DNA of 64,000 nucleotides from contig LCHW01000002.1 in NCBI GenBank assembly GCA_001000675.1, positions 5,310 through 69,309 of the forward strand, read 5' to 3'. A program made the position numbers and the translations under genes. This document shows positions 28,078 through 37,409 of this stretch, in pieces. The notes under the pieces are model-generated. The model did no database searches. It was not told the DNA's origin and saw only the letters and a list, made by a program, of their open reading frames with translations. Positions within the stretch are counted from its first letter, which is position 1. Every line of letters starts with the position of its first letter. The DNA comes from Candidatus Wolfebacteria bacterium GW2011_GWE2_44_13. Lineage in GTDB: Bacteria > Patescibacteriota > Minisyncoccia > UBA6257 > UBA9933.

Positions 28078-28221
28078 TCAAAATTATAGCAAAAATAGTG
28101 CAATATAGTCAATTTTAAAGGCATTTTTGCATAAGTTGACAGAAGTAGTATAACATTGTCTGACACAAGTTTTAAAATGTGGCATTGTGAGGTTAATAAA
28201 TTAATCAATCAATTTGTAACC

Positions 28222-29346
28222 ATGCAAAAAAAAATAAAAACAGTTTTATCAATCATCGTGGTGGCATTGGTCCTGTGGGGCGGATATGCTATGGCCACAA
28301 ACCAAAAAGGTCTCGGAAATCAAACAATCACAATCGGCGCTGTGTTGCCACTTAGCGGTGATCTCGCGGTATATGGGGAAGGTGCAAAGAATGCCGCCAT
28401 CATGGCAATTGAGGACGCGGGTATGAAGGATAGTGTAAAGTTCATTGTAGAAGACGATAAAGGATGTGCACCGGTTGGAGGCGTGAGTGCGGCCCAAAAG
28501 TTATTAAATGTAGATAAGGTAAATGCTATCTATGGGCCAATGTGTTCATCTGAGGCGCTTTCGGTAGCACCGCTCACTGAGCCATTAAAGATCCCGATGG
28601 TCATCGGTGCTGCGACATCAAAAACATTGAGCGGTGCGGGGAACTATATATTTAGGACTATCGCATCAGACTCAGTGCGCGCATATGCAGTTGCAAATTA
28701 TGCGTACGCGAAAGGATTCAAAAAAGCTGCGTTCATATTTGATAGCAGTCAGGACGCATTGATTCAAGAAAAGAACGATGCAAAAGAAGCATTCATGAAA
28801 GCGGGCGGAGAGACAGTTTTAGAGGAATCATTCGGAGCGAAGGATGTTGATTTCAAAACTCAACTCAGTAAAATAAAAAATTCGGGTGCGGACGTAATAT
28901 TTGTAGGTGCGTTCTACAAACCGACAGCACTGATCATCAAACAGGCACGCCAGATGAATATCAATGTGCAGTTTGTAGGAACGGACGAATCAGTGGATGT
29001 GAAGGAATTCTTTGCAGTTGGAGGGAACTATCTTGAAGGAGTTATCGCTCCTGCAATGGTGAAGCCAGACACGGAAGAAGCGAAGTCATTTAAAGCGCGA
29101 TACAAGGCGCGCTTTGGAATCGACGCGACCATTTATACCGCTGAAGGATATGATGCAATGGCGTTATTACTTAAAGCAATTAAGACGGAGGGGTTAGGAG
29201 GCGACCAAATCAAGGCAGGATTGCTCAAGGTGGGCAACAATTACCCAGGAGCAAGCGGAATCATAACCTTTAACAGTAAAGGTGACGTAGAAAAGCCCGC
29301 AGTCGTGAAGGCTGTAAAAAGCGGAGTATTTGAAGAAGTAAAGTAA
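28222..29346 (+). CDS. LivJ/K-family SBP (SBP4; close paralog of SBP1)
   Basis: Shares long identical runs with SBP1, e.g. FRTIASDSVRAYAVANYAY. Confidence 0.93.
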   Translation: MQKKIKTVLSIIVVALVLWGGYAMATNQKGLGNQTITIGAVLPLSGDLAVYGEGAKNAAIMAIEDAGMKDSVKFIVEDDKGCAPVGGVSAAQKLLNVDKVNAIYGPMCSSEALSVAPLTEPLKIPMVIGAATSKTLSGAGNYIFRTIASDSVRAYAVANYAYAKGFKKAAFIFDSSQDALIQEKNDAKEAFMKAGGETVLEESFGAKDVDFKTQLSKIKNSGADVIFVGAFYKPTALIIKQARQMNINVQFVGTDESVDVKEFFAVGGNYLEGVIAPAMVKPDTEEAKSFKARYKARFGIDATIYTAEGYDAMALLLKAIKTEGLGGDQIKAGLLKVGNNYPGASGIITFNSKGDVEKPAVVKAVKSGVFEEVK

Positions 29347-29350
29347 ACCC

Positions 29351-29390
29351 TAAAACCACCCGTTCGCCATCTGGCGAACGGGTGGTTTTT
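29351..29390. terminator. Terminator (family B)
   Basis: Same hairpin as 27260. Confidence 0.85.
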
Positions 29391-29423
29391 AGTTCAAAGC
29401 GAAAACCTGTATAATTAAACGCA

Positions 29424-30293
29424 ATGGGTATTATTCCACAAATCATCGCCAATAGTATTATCGCTGGAGCAATCTATGCGCTTGTGGCACTTGGCTTTAA
29501 TCTTATTTATCGCGCGACAAACTTTTTTAACCTCGCACACGGAGCCGTTTCGGTGGTGGGTGGATATATCGTGTTTGGGTTATATCGATTGTTAGGATTG
29601 CCATTATGGATCGCAATCATTTGTGGGGTGCTTGGTTCGGGAGTTGTGGGCTATGTATTAGAAAAAATACTATTTCTCCCATTGCGCAAAAGGAAGTCTT
29701 CACAGATGGTCCTTATTGTTGCCTCGCTCGGCGCATTCACGATTATTCAGGCGGTTATCGCGATTATCTTTTCAAGTCAATTCCAAACGCTGTTTGATAG
29801 CAGTATGGAGACAAAACTCTATCAGATCGGGGGAGGCATTATCACGCAGGTGCAGCTGATTATATTGATAGCAGCATTGCTTATTATGGGGACGCTTGCG
29901 TGGGTAAAGGAGCGAACCATGTTCGGGAAAATGGTGAGCGCGATTAGCGACGACGCAGTTGTTGCGCGCATTGTGGGCATCAACACAAATAAATTAATAG
30001 GACGCGTATTCTTCATCGGTTCGGCAATCGCAGGGTTTGCGGGGATTATGATCGGATTCGACACAGGACTCGAGCCGACCATGGGAATGTCATTATTAAT
30101 GAAAGGCGTTATCGCGGCAATCGTAGGAGGGGTGGGTAATATTTACGGAGGTGTGCTCGGTGCATTTCTCCTTGGGTTTGCAGAAAACTTTGGCGTGTGG
30201 CAGGTCTCGGGCGAATGGAAGGATGCGATTGCATTTGCAATCTTAATCCTCTTTTTAATATTTAGGCCGAAGGGTATTCTTGGGAAAAAATAA
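29424..30293 (+). CDS. livH: Branched-chain amino acid ABC permease LivH
   Basis: GAIYALVALGF.LIY...FNLAHG, AAIVGGVGNI.G. Confidence 0.93.
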   Translation: MGIIPQIIANSIIAGAIYALVALGFNLIYRATNFFNLAHGAVSVVGGYIVFGLYRLLGLPLWIAIICGVLGSGVVGYVLEKILFLPLRKRKSSQMVLIVASLGAFTIIQAVIAIIFSSQFQTLFDSSMETKLYQIGGGIITQVQLIILIAALLIMGTLAWVKERTMFGKMVSAISDDAVVARIVGINTNKLIGRVFFIGSAIAGFAGIMIGFDTGLEPTMGMSLLMKGVIAAIVGGVGNIYGGVLGAFLLGFAENFGVWQVSGEWKDAIAFAILILFLIFRPKGILGKK

Positions 30294-30295
30294 GT

Positions 30296-31165
30296 ATGGA
30301 ATATATCATCCACCTCATAATTTTATTCGGTATCTATGGCATCCTTGCATTAAGCTTGGATCTTATCGTTGGGTTTACCGGATTGCTCTCGTTGTCACAC
30401 GCGGCATTCTATGGCATCGGTGCATATGCTGTTGCGGTACTAAGTACCACCTATGGTATGAACTTTTTTGTTGCCGCGTTGATTGGTATGAGCGTTGCGG
30501 CTGTTGTCGCACTGATGATTGGTTTTGTGTTAAGAAAATTCAAAGATGATTACTATGCGCTCGCATCGTTTGGATTTAACGTAATCGCAGTGAGCATCTT
30601 TTTAAACTGGGAATCAATAACAAAAGGCCCGCTCGGTATTCCAGGGATTAAGCGACCGGAACTGTTTGGATTTGTATTTTCGACGAACACGCTCTATATG
30701 ATTTTGACGCTAGCACTCTTTGCATTGACTGCGCTATTTGTGTGGCATATAACGAAGTCTTCATTTGGACGAGTGTTGCGAGCGATTCGAGAAGATGAAA
30801 AAGCACTGGAAGTATTTGGATATCGCATTACGCGGTATAAGCTTGCCATTTATGTCATTAGCGGGGCTCTAGCTGCCCTTGCGGGGGCGCTATACGCCTC
30901 GTATATCACGTACGTAGATCCATCTACCTTTACGGCGAATGAGTCCATCGTAATCCTTTCCATGATTATTTTAGGAGGGCTGGCGAGTTTGCGCGGGGCA
31001 ATCGTAGGGGCTGCAATTTTAATCGCCCTCCCCGAGGCGCTTCGGTTTGTGGGACTTCCAATGGACGTTGCCGCGCAACTTCGACAGGTAATTTATGGCC
31101 TTATTCTCGCCCTCCTCATGCTCTACCGCCCAAAGGGAATGTACGGGGAATATGAGATGAAATAA
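30296..31165 (+). CDS. livM: Branched-chain amino acid ABC permease LivM
   Basis: GFTGLLSLSHAAFYGIGAY, GRVLRAIREDE, MIILGG. Confidence 0.93.
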   Translation: MEYIIHLIILFGIYGILALSLDLIVGFTGLLSLSHAAFYGIGAYAVAVLSTTYGMNFFVAALIGMSVAAVVALMIGFVLRKFKDDYYALASFGFNVIAVSIFLNWESITKGPLGIPGIKRPELFGFVFSTNTLYMILTLALFALTALFVWHITKSSFGRVLRAIREDEKALEVFGYRITRYKLAIYVISGALAALAGALYASYITYVDPSTFTANESIVILSMIILGGLASLRGAIVGAAILIALPEALRFVGLPMDVAAQLRQVIYGLILALLMLYRPKGMYGEYEMK

Positions 31166-31170
31166 AGGAG

Positions 31171-31223
31171 TTGTAAATATTATTTACAAATATATTGACA
31201 ATATATTTTACATGCAGTAATAT
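31171..31223 (+). promoter_or_regulatory. TA promoter with upstream palindrome
   Basis: TTGTAAATA-T-TATTTACAA then TTGACA-17-TAATAT; ATG 6 nt later (leaderless). Confidence 0.65.
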
Positions 31224-31229
31224 AGGTGC

Positions 31230-32000
31230 ATGATTAAGAATCTTCAGGAGCTGCGAAAGAAAAACGAAGTATCTCAAGAGTATCTGGCAAGCTACCTCGG
31301 TATTTCGCGGCCCACGGTAGAGAAAATAGAAAAAGGCGAGAAGGACATCACCGTTTCGCAAGCAAAAAAACTGGCAAAATTATTCGAGCTCTCTCTGGAC
31401 GAGCTTATTAGTGGAAAAGTGAAAAGAACTATAGAAGTAACAATAGAGAAGGCAGTGGCAGCGGAACAAAAAGAAGCAATGGAAATCAGGATAAGCGTGC
31501 CACAAAAAAAGCTTAAAAAATTTAAGGAGGTATTGTTGTATATTTTGGAGCGGGTGGGAAGTAAGCCAAACGTAGGGATGACAGTAATCTACAAGCTACT
31601 TTACTTTATTGATTTCGATTATTATGAAAAATTCGAAGAGCAGCTTATCGGAGCTACGTATATTAAAAACCATTTTGGGCCAACCCCCGTGGAGTTTAAA
31701 AAAATAGTGGAGGCAATGGAGGAGCGCAAAGAGCTCGAATCTATTAAAAGTAAATACTTTGAGAAGGATCAAAAGAAATATCTCCCTTTGAGAAGGGCCG
31801 ATATCAGTGCGTTCTCGGGAGAAGAAATAAAACACATCGACGATATATTAAATAAGCTTGCCGACAAGTCGGCTAAGGAGCTTAGTGACTACTCGCATAA
31901 GGATGTTCCGTGGATAGCGGCTGAGGATGGAGAGCCAATTGATTACGAGTCAGTATTTTATAGAACTAAAGAAACCTCCGTTCGTGAGTATGAAAATTAA
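31230..32000 (+). CDS. XRE-HTH plus DUF4065 (Panacea/SocA-like) antitoxin
   Basis: SQE.LA..LGISR.T..KIEKG; KLLYFIDF..Y..Y....GP.P; L.DYSH.D.PW. Confidence 0.85.
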   Translation: MIKNLQELRKKNEVSQEYLASYLGISRPTVEKIEKGEKDITVSQAKKLAKLFELSLDELISGKVKRTIEVTIEKAVAAEQKEAMEIRISVPQKKLKKFKEVLLYILERVGSKPNVGMTVIYKLLYFIDFDYYEKFEEQLIGATYIKNHFGPTPVEFKKIVEAMEERKELESIKSKYFEKDQKKYLPLRRADISAFSGEEIKHIDDILNKLADKSAKELSDYSHKDVPWIAAEDGEPIDYESVFYRTKETSVREYEN

Positions 32001-32364
32001 ATATCGAGAAACTGATGCGTTTTACAAGGATCTAAAAAAGCTTCTAAAGAAATTTGTAACATTGGAGGCTGATTTACGTGTTGCAAAAACCAACGCCATA
32101 GAAATGTATCATATAAAAAATGTTGATAACGAATCGGTATTTGCGTTGCAACATTTCTGCAGTGAAAATGTGCGGGTGTATAAACTAAAGAAATTTGCTT
32201 GCAAGTGCCTAAAGGGAAGAGGGATGAAAAGCGGAATACGAGTAATATATGCGTATTACCCTAAGGATTATGTTGTTGAGTTTGTCGAGATATATTTTAA
32301 AGGAGTGAAGGAAAATGAAGACAAGGAAAGAATAAAGGAGTATATAAAAGCGATTATAGAATAG
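31990..32364 (+). CDS. Putative RelE-like toxin
   Basis: F.KDLKKL.KKF..LE.DL, GRG.KSGIRVIYAY, EIYFKG..ENED; overlaps the antitoxin stop. Confidence 0.7.
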   Translation: MKIKYRETDAFYKDLKKLLKKFVTLEADLRVAKTNAIEMYHIKNVDNESVFALQHFCSENVRVYKLKKFACKCLKGRGMKSGIRVIYAYYPKDYVVEFVEIYFKGVKENEDKERIKEYIKAIIE

Positions 32365-32384
32365 AAAATGCTTGAAAGGGCGTT

Positions 32385-33140
32385 CTATACCGGTTTCGAA
32401 TCGAACGATGGCGCCATCATCCATGAACTTTGAAAAATAAGCTTCATAATTTGGGCGAGCTCCTTACTTTCAATAATAAAGCCAAAGCTTTCTTGGCGGG
32501 ATGAGATATAGGCAACCTTATTATCAAAAATACATAGCACACCGCTGAATACGTATTCTTTTGGAAGCCACTTTATTTCTCGAAGGACTTTCTTATTTGA
32601 TTGTAGATAATATTCAGGTATCTTGCTTTGGTTTGTTAAAAGCACCCGCGAGATGACTTCTCGTTTTACTCTTCGTTTTACCCAGCGTTCCATGTAGATA
32701 TTTCCAAATAAATCAATCAAATCGCTCATTGAGCTCCAGAAAAATTGCTCTTTTTGCTCGACAAGCAAAAGCTCTTCCATAATCGCCTTTGCTCCGACAA
32801 ACCCATCATAAAAGCGGATGGCGGGTTTGGGGGTGCTCTGGTTTCTTATTTCTGTTAGAAACGGCAAGAGCTCCTTAAAGGAGGAGAGCCTATCTTCATT
32901 TTTTGAGAGAAGGGTGCTTGGATCTTCTGCAATAAATAATCTCCGTTTTCCTTTTTTCGATTCGGTTATATAGCCCATCTGCAAAAGATCTAAAACGATG
33001 TCATAAACAGTTGTTCGCTTAATCCCCGTCTTATGCGCAATGTCTATGGTGGTTGCTCTGCCCAATTCCAGTATGGCCAAATACACTTCAGATTTTCTTG
33101 CACTCAATCCCTGTCTTACGAGTTCTTTTATGATGTCCAT
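32385..33140 (-). CDS. TrmB-family regulator (paired with SBP5)
   Basis: IKRTTVYD HTH, KPAIRFYDG..G. Confidence 0.92.
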   Translation of the reverse strand: MDIIKELVRQGLSARKSEVYLAILELGRATTIDIAHKTGIKRTTVYDIVLDLLQMGYITESKKGKRRLFIAEDPSTLLSKNEDRLSSFKELLPFLTEIRNQSTPKPAIRFYDGFVGAKAIMEELLLVEQKEQFFWSSMSDLIDLFGNIYMERWVKRRVKREVISRVLLTNQSKIPEYYLQSNKKVLREIKWLPKEYVFSGVLCIFDNKVAYISSRQESFGFIIESKELAQIMKLIFQSSWMMAPSFDSKPV

Positions 33141-33151
33141 AGTTATTTAAA

Positions 33152-33169
33152 TGACGATAAAAACCGTCA
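33152..33169. promoter_or_regulatory. Putative TrmB operator
   Basis: TGACG-ataaaaac-CGTCA. Confidence 0.6.
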
Positions 33170-33252
33170 AATTTATATATTGATTATCAGTTAAGTAAAG
33201 GGTTATTGTCAAGATAACCTAATTCATAAATCAATAAAAAGGTTTAAATGTT

Positions 33253-34386
33253 ATGCATAAAATAATAAAAATAGCGCTCATCCTAGGAATTTGCACAGCA
33301 GTAATTGGAAGCGGGTACTTTTTTACTAAAAGCACTAAAGGAGGCACAATTGATGTCGGCGCTATAGTTCCTTTTACGGGAAGTTCCGCAGTAGTGGGAG
33401 AATTGATAAAAAATGGGTTAGAAATTGCAGCGGAGGAAATTAATAGTAAGGGTGGGGTGAATGGGAAGGTAATTAAACTTATGTTCGAGGACAACCAAAC
33501 CAAGACGGAAGTAGGGCTGTCTGCCTTTATGAAATTGAAAGACATTAATAAAGTTAAGTATGTGATTACGAGTGTGAGCGGGGTTGCTCTGGCAATCTCT
33601 CCTGTTGCTAACGAAAACAAGATAGTTCAAATGGATGTAGTTGCCGCTACTCCTAAATATTCGACGCCAGACGACTTTACGTTTAGAACAGGGGTGAGCT
33701 CGTATTTTTTCGCACGAGAGATGGCAAAGTTAATGATAGATAGAAATATAAAAGATGCTGGCATTCTCTTCGTGAATACTGAGTACGGGCAAGGGTTTAA
33801 GGATGTTTTTCAAAATGAATATACCGAAAGAGGAGGGGTAATATCCGTTGCAGAAGGATACGGGCAAGAGGATAAAGATTTTAGAACGCAATTAACAAAA
33901 ATAAAAAGTAGAAATCCTGAGGCACTACTATTAGTATCACTGCAAAAGGAAGCATCCACAATTCTTAAACAGATGGGCGAGCTAAAAATGGACACGCCTA
34001 TCTATTCGGATGTGTATGCAATGGAGCAAGAGAGTAATTTAAAACTGGCGGAGAATTTAAAAATTTACTATTTTAAACCGACAGTAGATTATATAAGTAG
34101 TGACGCGGCAACAACATTTGAAAATGCATATAAAAATAAATATGGAAAAGAGCCGGATTTTATAGCAGCGCAAGCATATGATGGGATAAACCTATTGGTG
34201 GCTGCAATACAAAAATGTAATGATTATAAAAATACCGTTTGTGTAAAAGATGCATTATATGCGTTAAGGGATGTTAAGGGGGTAATATCGGAGCATATGG
34301 ATTTTGATGTAAATGGAGACATAATGAATAGGCCGCTAGAATTACGAACAATTATTGGCGGAAAATTTGTTGGGATAAAAACTTAG
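33253..34386 (+). CDS. LivJ/K-family SBP (SBP5)
   Basis: VGAIVPFTG, GGVNGK, DFRTQLTKIK, AQAYD. Confidence 0.92.
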   Translation: MHKIIKIALILGICTAVIGSGYFFTKSTKGGTIDVGAIVPFTGSSAVVGELIKNGLEIAAEEINSKGGVNGKVIKLMFEDNQTKTEVGLSAFMKLKDINKVKYVITSVSGVALAISPVANENKIVQMDVVAATPKYSTPDDFTFRTGVSSYFFAREMAKLMIDRNIKDAGILFVNTEYGQGFKDVFQNEYTERGGVISVAEGYGQEDKDFRTQLTKIKSRNPEALLLVSLQKEASTILKQMGELKMDTPIYSDVYAMEQESNLKLAENLKIYYFKPTVDYISSDAATTFENAYKNKYGKEPDFIAAQAYDGINLLVAAIQKCNDYKNTVCVKDALYALRDVKGVISEHMDFDVNGDIMNRPLELRTIIGGKFVGIKT

Positions 34387-34428
34387 TAATGGCTATCAGA
34401 CAAACTGCCCTTGTAGGGGCATTTTGTT

Positions 34429-34468
34429 ATGGTAAACTGTTACCATGGTTATGGTAAATAGACACCAT
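34429..34468. promoter_or_regulatory. Tandem 18-bp palindromic sites upstream of livG
   Basis: ATGGTAA-actg-TTACCAT and ATGGTAA-atag-ACACCAT, 22-bp period. Confidence 0.5.
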
Positions 34469-34484
34469 AAAATGTATTTCGATT

Positions 34485-35219
34485 ATGGACGCACTACGCA
34501 TTAAAAATATTAAAAAACGATATCAAGAAGTGGTTGCAATCGATGACCTCTCTATTGTGATAGAGAAAGGAATTGTAACCGGTATTGTTGGTCCGAATGG
34601 CTCGGGCAAGTCAACTGCAATGAATATCATTAGCGGGATGATTTCTATGGACGATGGTGCATTAGTTATTGGAGAAAAAGAAACGCTAAAACGTATGTTG
34701 CCGTACGAAGCACCGGTCTATGGTATTACACGAACATTTCAGGAGGTGCGCCTGTGGGAACAGATGTCGGTGCTCGACAATCTTCTCGTTGTACTTACTG
34801 ATCGTGATTTACTGGATGCATTTTTTGAACGACATGGTGCATTTCATTTAGAACAGGCAGAAGTAATTTTGAAGCGCGTAGATATGTGGGGGAAAAAAGA
34901 TGCGCTTGTTGCAAATCTTTCGTATGGGCAACGAAAATTAATTGAAATAGCACGCGCGCTTGCAATGGGTGCGAACATCTATTTGTTTGACGAGCCATTT
35001 GCAGGATTGTTCCCAGAAATGCGCAAGATAGTAACTGCGGTTATTAAAGAATTGAAGCAGGAAGGAAAGACGGTGATTTTAATTGAACATAACATGGGGC
35101 TTATTCGAGAGCTTTGCGACCATCTAATTGTAATGGATAGTGGAAAACTGCTCGCCGAAGGCAAGCCCGAAGAGGTGCTTGCGCGGAGAGATGTTGTGGA
35201 GGCGTATTTGGGGGAATGA
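34485..35219 (+). CDS. livG: Branched-chain amino acid ABC ATPase LivG
   Basis: GPNGSGKST, RTFQ..RL, LSYGQRKLIEIARAL, V.EAYLG. Confidence 0.92.
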   Translation: MDALRIKNIKKRYQEVVAIDDLSIVIEKGIVTGIVGPNGSGKSTAMNIISGMISMDDGALVIGEKETLKRMLPYEAPVYGITRTFQEVRLWEQMSVLDNLLVVLTDRDLLDAFFERHGAFHLEQAEVILKRVDMWGKKDALVANLSYGQRKLIEIARALAMGANIYLFDEPFAGLFPEMRKIVTAVIKELKQEGKTVILIEHNMGLIRELCDHLIVMDSGKLLAEGKPEEVLARRDVVEAYLGE

Positions 35220-35270
35220 GATGATAAATGTTTAATTACTAATTTCTAATAACTAATAAAAAATCCTCCG

Positions 35271-36050
35271 TCATTTGGCGGAGGATTTTTTTACAGATTT
35301 TTTAACCACGGTGGCTGGAGTTGATATTTGCCACAGCGCTTTAAATAAAAATTGCAGCGTATTTCTAAAATCGGCGTTGTCTACGATAAATCCAAAGCTA
35401 TCTTGTTGCGCAGAAATAACAGCGACTTTTGTGCCATAGAGAGCAATCGTATGGGGGAGTTCAAAGCCGAGCGGTGCGAAGCGGATATCGCGAAGATGAT
35501 GTGCATCTTTTGCATAGAGTGTATCGTTAATCTCTGAGTGTTCTGTGCGTATGCCAGTCGCATGGATACCAAGATCGATTCGCTTGCGCACCCATTGCGC
35601 CATAAAGTCTTCGCCCGCAGTCTTTGCAAGATCCGCAGAGGAGCCAATATAGAAATATTCCTTAACACCAGACGAAAGAATATCATCATAGATAGAATGA
35701 ATACCTGTTTTGCCAGAATAGAATTTTATGGTAGGTTGAGCGCCAGTTGATTTTTGGATGGTAAAAAGATCGGGAAGCATTTGCTTGACCGTCTGCATGT
35801 GCTCTTCTGCTCGAGCAAAGAGAATATTAGGGGACTCAGCGGTATACGTAAGCTTGTCCTTCTGGGGAACGATAGCGACTAAGCCACGTTTTGCGAGCTC
35901 CTCGAGAATGAGATAGCAAGTAGGGCGCTTAAGGCCAGTTTTCTTTGCGATATCGGAAACAGCGAAACTTCCCAAGCTGAGGGATTGTAGATATACGGCA
36001 GCTTCTTTGTCGGAGAGGCCGATGGATTGTAGCTGTTCAGATAGGCTCAT
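35271..36050 (-). CDS. TrmB-family regulator (paired with SBP6)
   Basis: LKRPTCY HTH; TTGACA-17-TATTCT then ATG 6 nt later supports start 36050. Confidence 0.92.
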   Translation of the reverse strand: MSLSEQLQSIGLSDKEAAVYLQSLSLGSFAVSDIAKKTGLKRPTCYLILEELAKRGLVAIVPQKDKLTYTAESPNILFARAEEHMQTVKQMLPDLFTIQKSTGAQPTIKFYSGKTGIHSIYDDILSSGVKEYFYIGSSADLAKTAGEDFMAQWVRKRIDLGIHATGIRTEHSEINDTLYAKDAHHLRDIRFAPLGFELPHTIALYGTKVAVISAQQDSFGFIVDNADFRNTLQFLFKALWQISTPATVVKKSVKKSSAK

Positions 36051-36079
36051 GTATAAAGAATAGAGGTATATCGCAAGCA

Positions 36080-36096
36080 TGTCAAGTTTTCTGACA
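36080..36096. promoter_or_regulatory. Putative TrmB operator overlapping the regulator -35
   Basis: TGTCA-agttttc-TGACA. Confidence 0.55.
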
Positions 36097-36223
36097 ACAC
36101 AATATAGAAAATAGTGCATTATATATGCCTATAAATCAAGTAAATAAAAAGTGACAGAAACTATTGACAAAAGCAACTGCGTGTGCTAGTATATCGACAT
36201 AGTCATTAATAACAACTCATAGC

Positions 36224-37363
36224 ATGACAAAAACATCAAAACTAATAGTAGGGCTCGTAGGGATAGCGCTGGTCATCGGAGCAATATTTCTTACACAAAG
36301 GAATACGGAGGGTGAAAAAGTGGTCATTGGTGCATCTTTTGCACTTACGGGTAAATACGCCTATCTTGGAGAAGCTGAGCGCAACGGAAGTATGATGGCA
36401 GTCGAAGAGATTAACAAAAAGGGAGGAATTAACGGAACAAAGATCGAATTTATCGCTGAAGATAACGGAGGAGATGCAAAGTTGGCGGTAACAGGAGTAT
36501 CTAAGTTACTAGAGGTGAATAATGCAGACATCATACTATCTTCGTTTACACATATAACGAGCGCAATCAAAGGGTTGGTCGCAGAAAAAGGAAAGGTTAT
36601 GATCTACGCAGCAACCGTGCGAGATATTGCACAGAGCAACGACCTATTCTTTAGAGATTATTACGACGCAGAGGACAATGGTGCAGCAACGGCGAGACTT
36701 GTTGCAAAGAGTGGGTACAAAAACGTCGCATTCTTAAGTGAAAAGAGCCCGCAATGTGCGGAATTTGAAAAAGGATTTGAAGCAGAGGCAAAAGGAGCTG
36801 TGCTGATGACGACTAAGGAGTTGTATAGTGCTGAAGCTACTGATGTTCGTGTAAACCTCACGAAGATCAAAGGTGCTAAATCTGAAGCGATTGTGGTGTG
36901 TGGATGGCGACATGAGCACCTTATCATGAAGGAGATGAAGGAGTTGGGGATGATTGGAACACAGACCTTTCACTGGGTTGCTCCATTTCTCCCAGTTGCC
37001 AATACAGACGACATGAAGAAATTGTTCGAAGAAAATAAAGCAATTAGCACCTGGTATGGAGTGGCGGAAGAAAACAATACTGCAGAGCAGAAAGAGTTTA
37101 TCGAAAAATATCAAAAAGCATTCGGTATGAAACCAACGGGCGAGGCAGTGTATGCATATGATGATATCTACATACTCGCAAATGCTATTAAAGCTTGTGA
37201 TAAAGCGGGGAAGGCGAAGGACAGTCAGTGTATCGCACAGGAGCTCGGAAAGACAAATTACGATGGAGTCGGAGGAAAAGTATCATTTAATGACAGACTC
37301 TCTAATCGTGAAATAACAGCGATTCAGGTAGTGGGCGGTGTTTGGAGGAATATAATGCAATAA
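36224..37363 (+). CDS. LivJ/K-family SBP (SBP6)
   Basis: IGASFALTG, GGING, AYD. Confidence 0.92.
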   Translation: MTKTSKLIVGLVGIALVIGAIFLTQRNTEGEKVVIGASFALTGKYAYLGEAERNGSMMAVEEINKKGGINGTKIEFIAEDNGGDAKLAVTGVSKLLEVNNADIILSSFTHITSAIKGLVAEKGKVMIYAATVRDIAQSNDLFFRDYYDAEDNGAATARLVAKSGYKNVAFLSEKSPQCAEFEKGFEAEAKGAVLMTTKELYSAEATDVRVNLTKIKGAKSEAIVVCGWRHEHLIMKEMKELGMIGTQTFHWVAPFLPVANTDDMKKLFEENKAISTWYGVAEENNTAEQKEFIEKYQKAFGMKPTGEAVYAYDDIYILANAIKACDKAGKAKDSQCIAQELGKTNYDGVGGKVSFNDRLSNREITAIQVVGGVWRNIMQ

Positions 37364-37366
37364 AAA

Positions 37367-37400
37367 CACTAAAAAATCCGCTTCGGCGGATTTTTTAGTG
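37367..37400. terminator. Bidirectional terminator (family C)
   Basis: CACTAAAAAATCCGC-ttcg-GCGGATTTTTTAGTG. Confidence 0.85.
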
Positions 37401-37409
37401 CGTAGAAGA

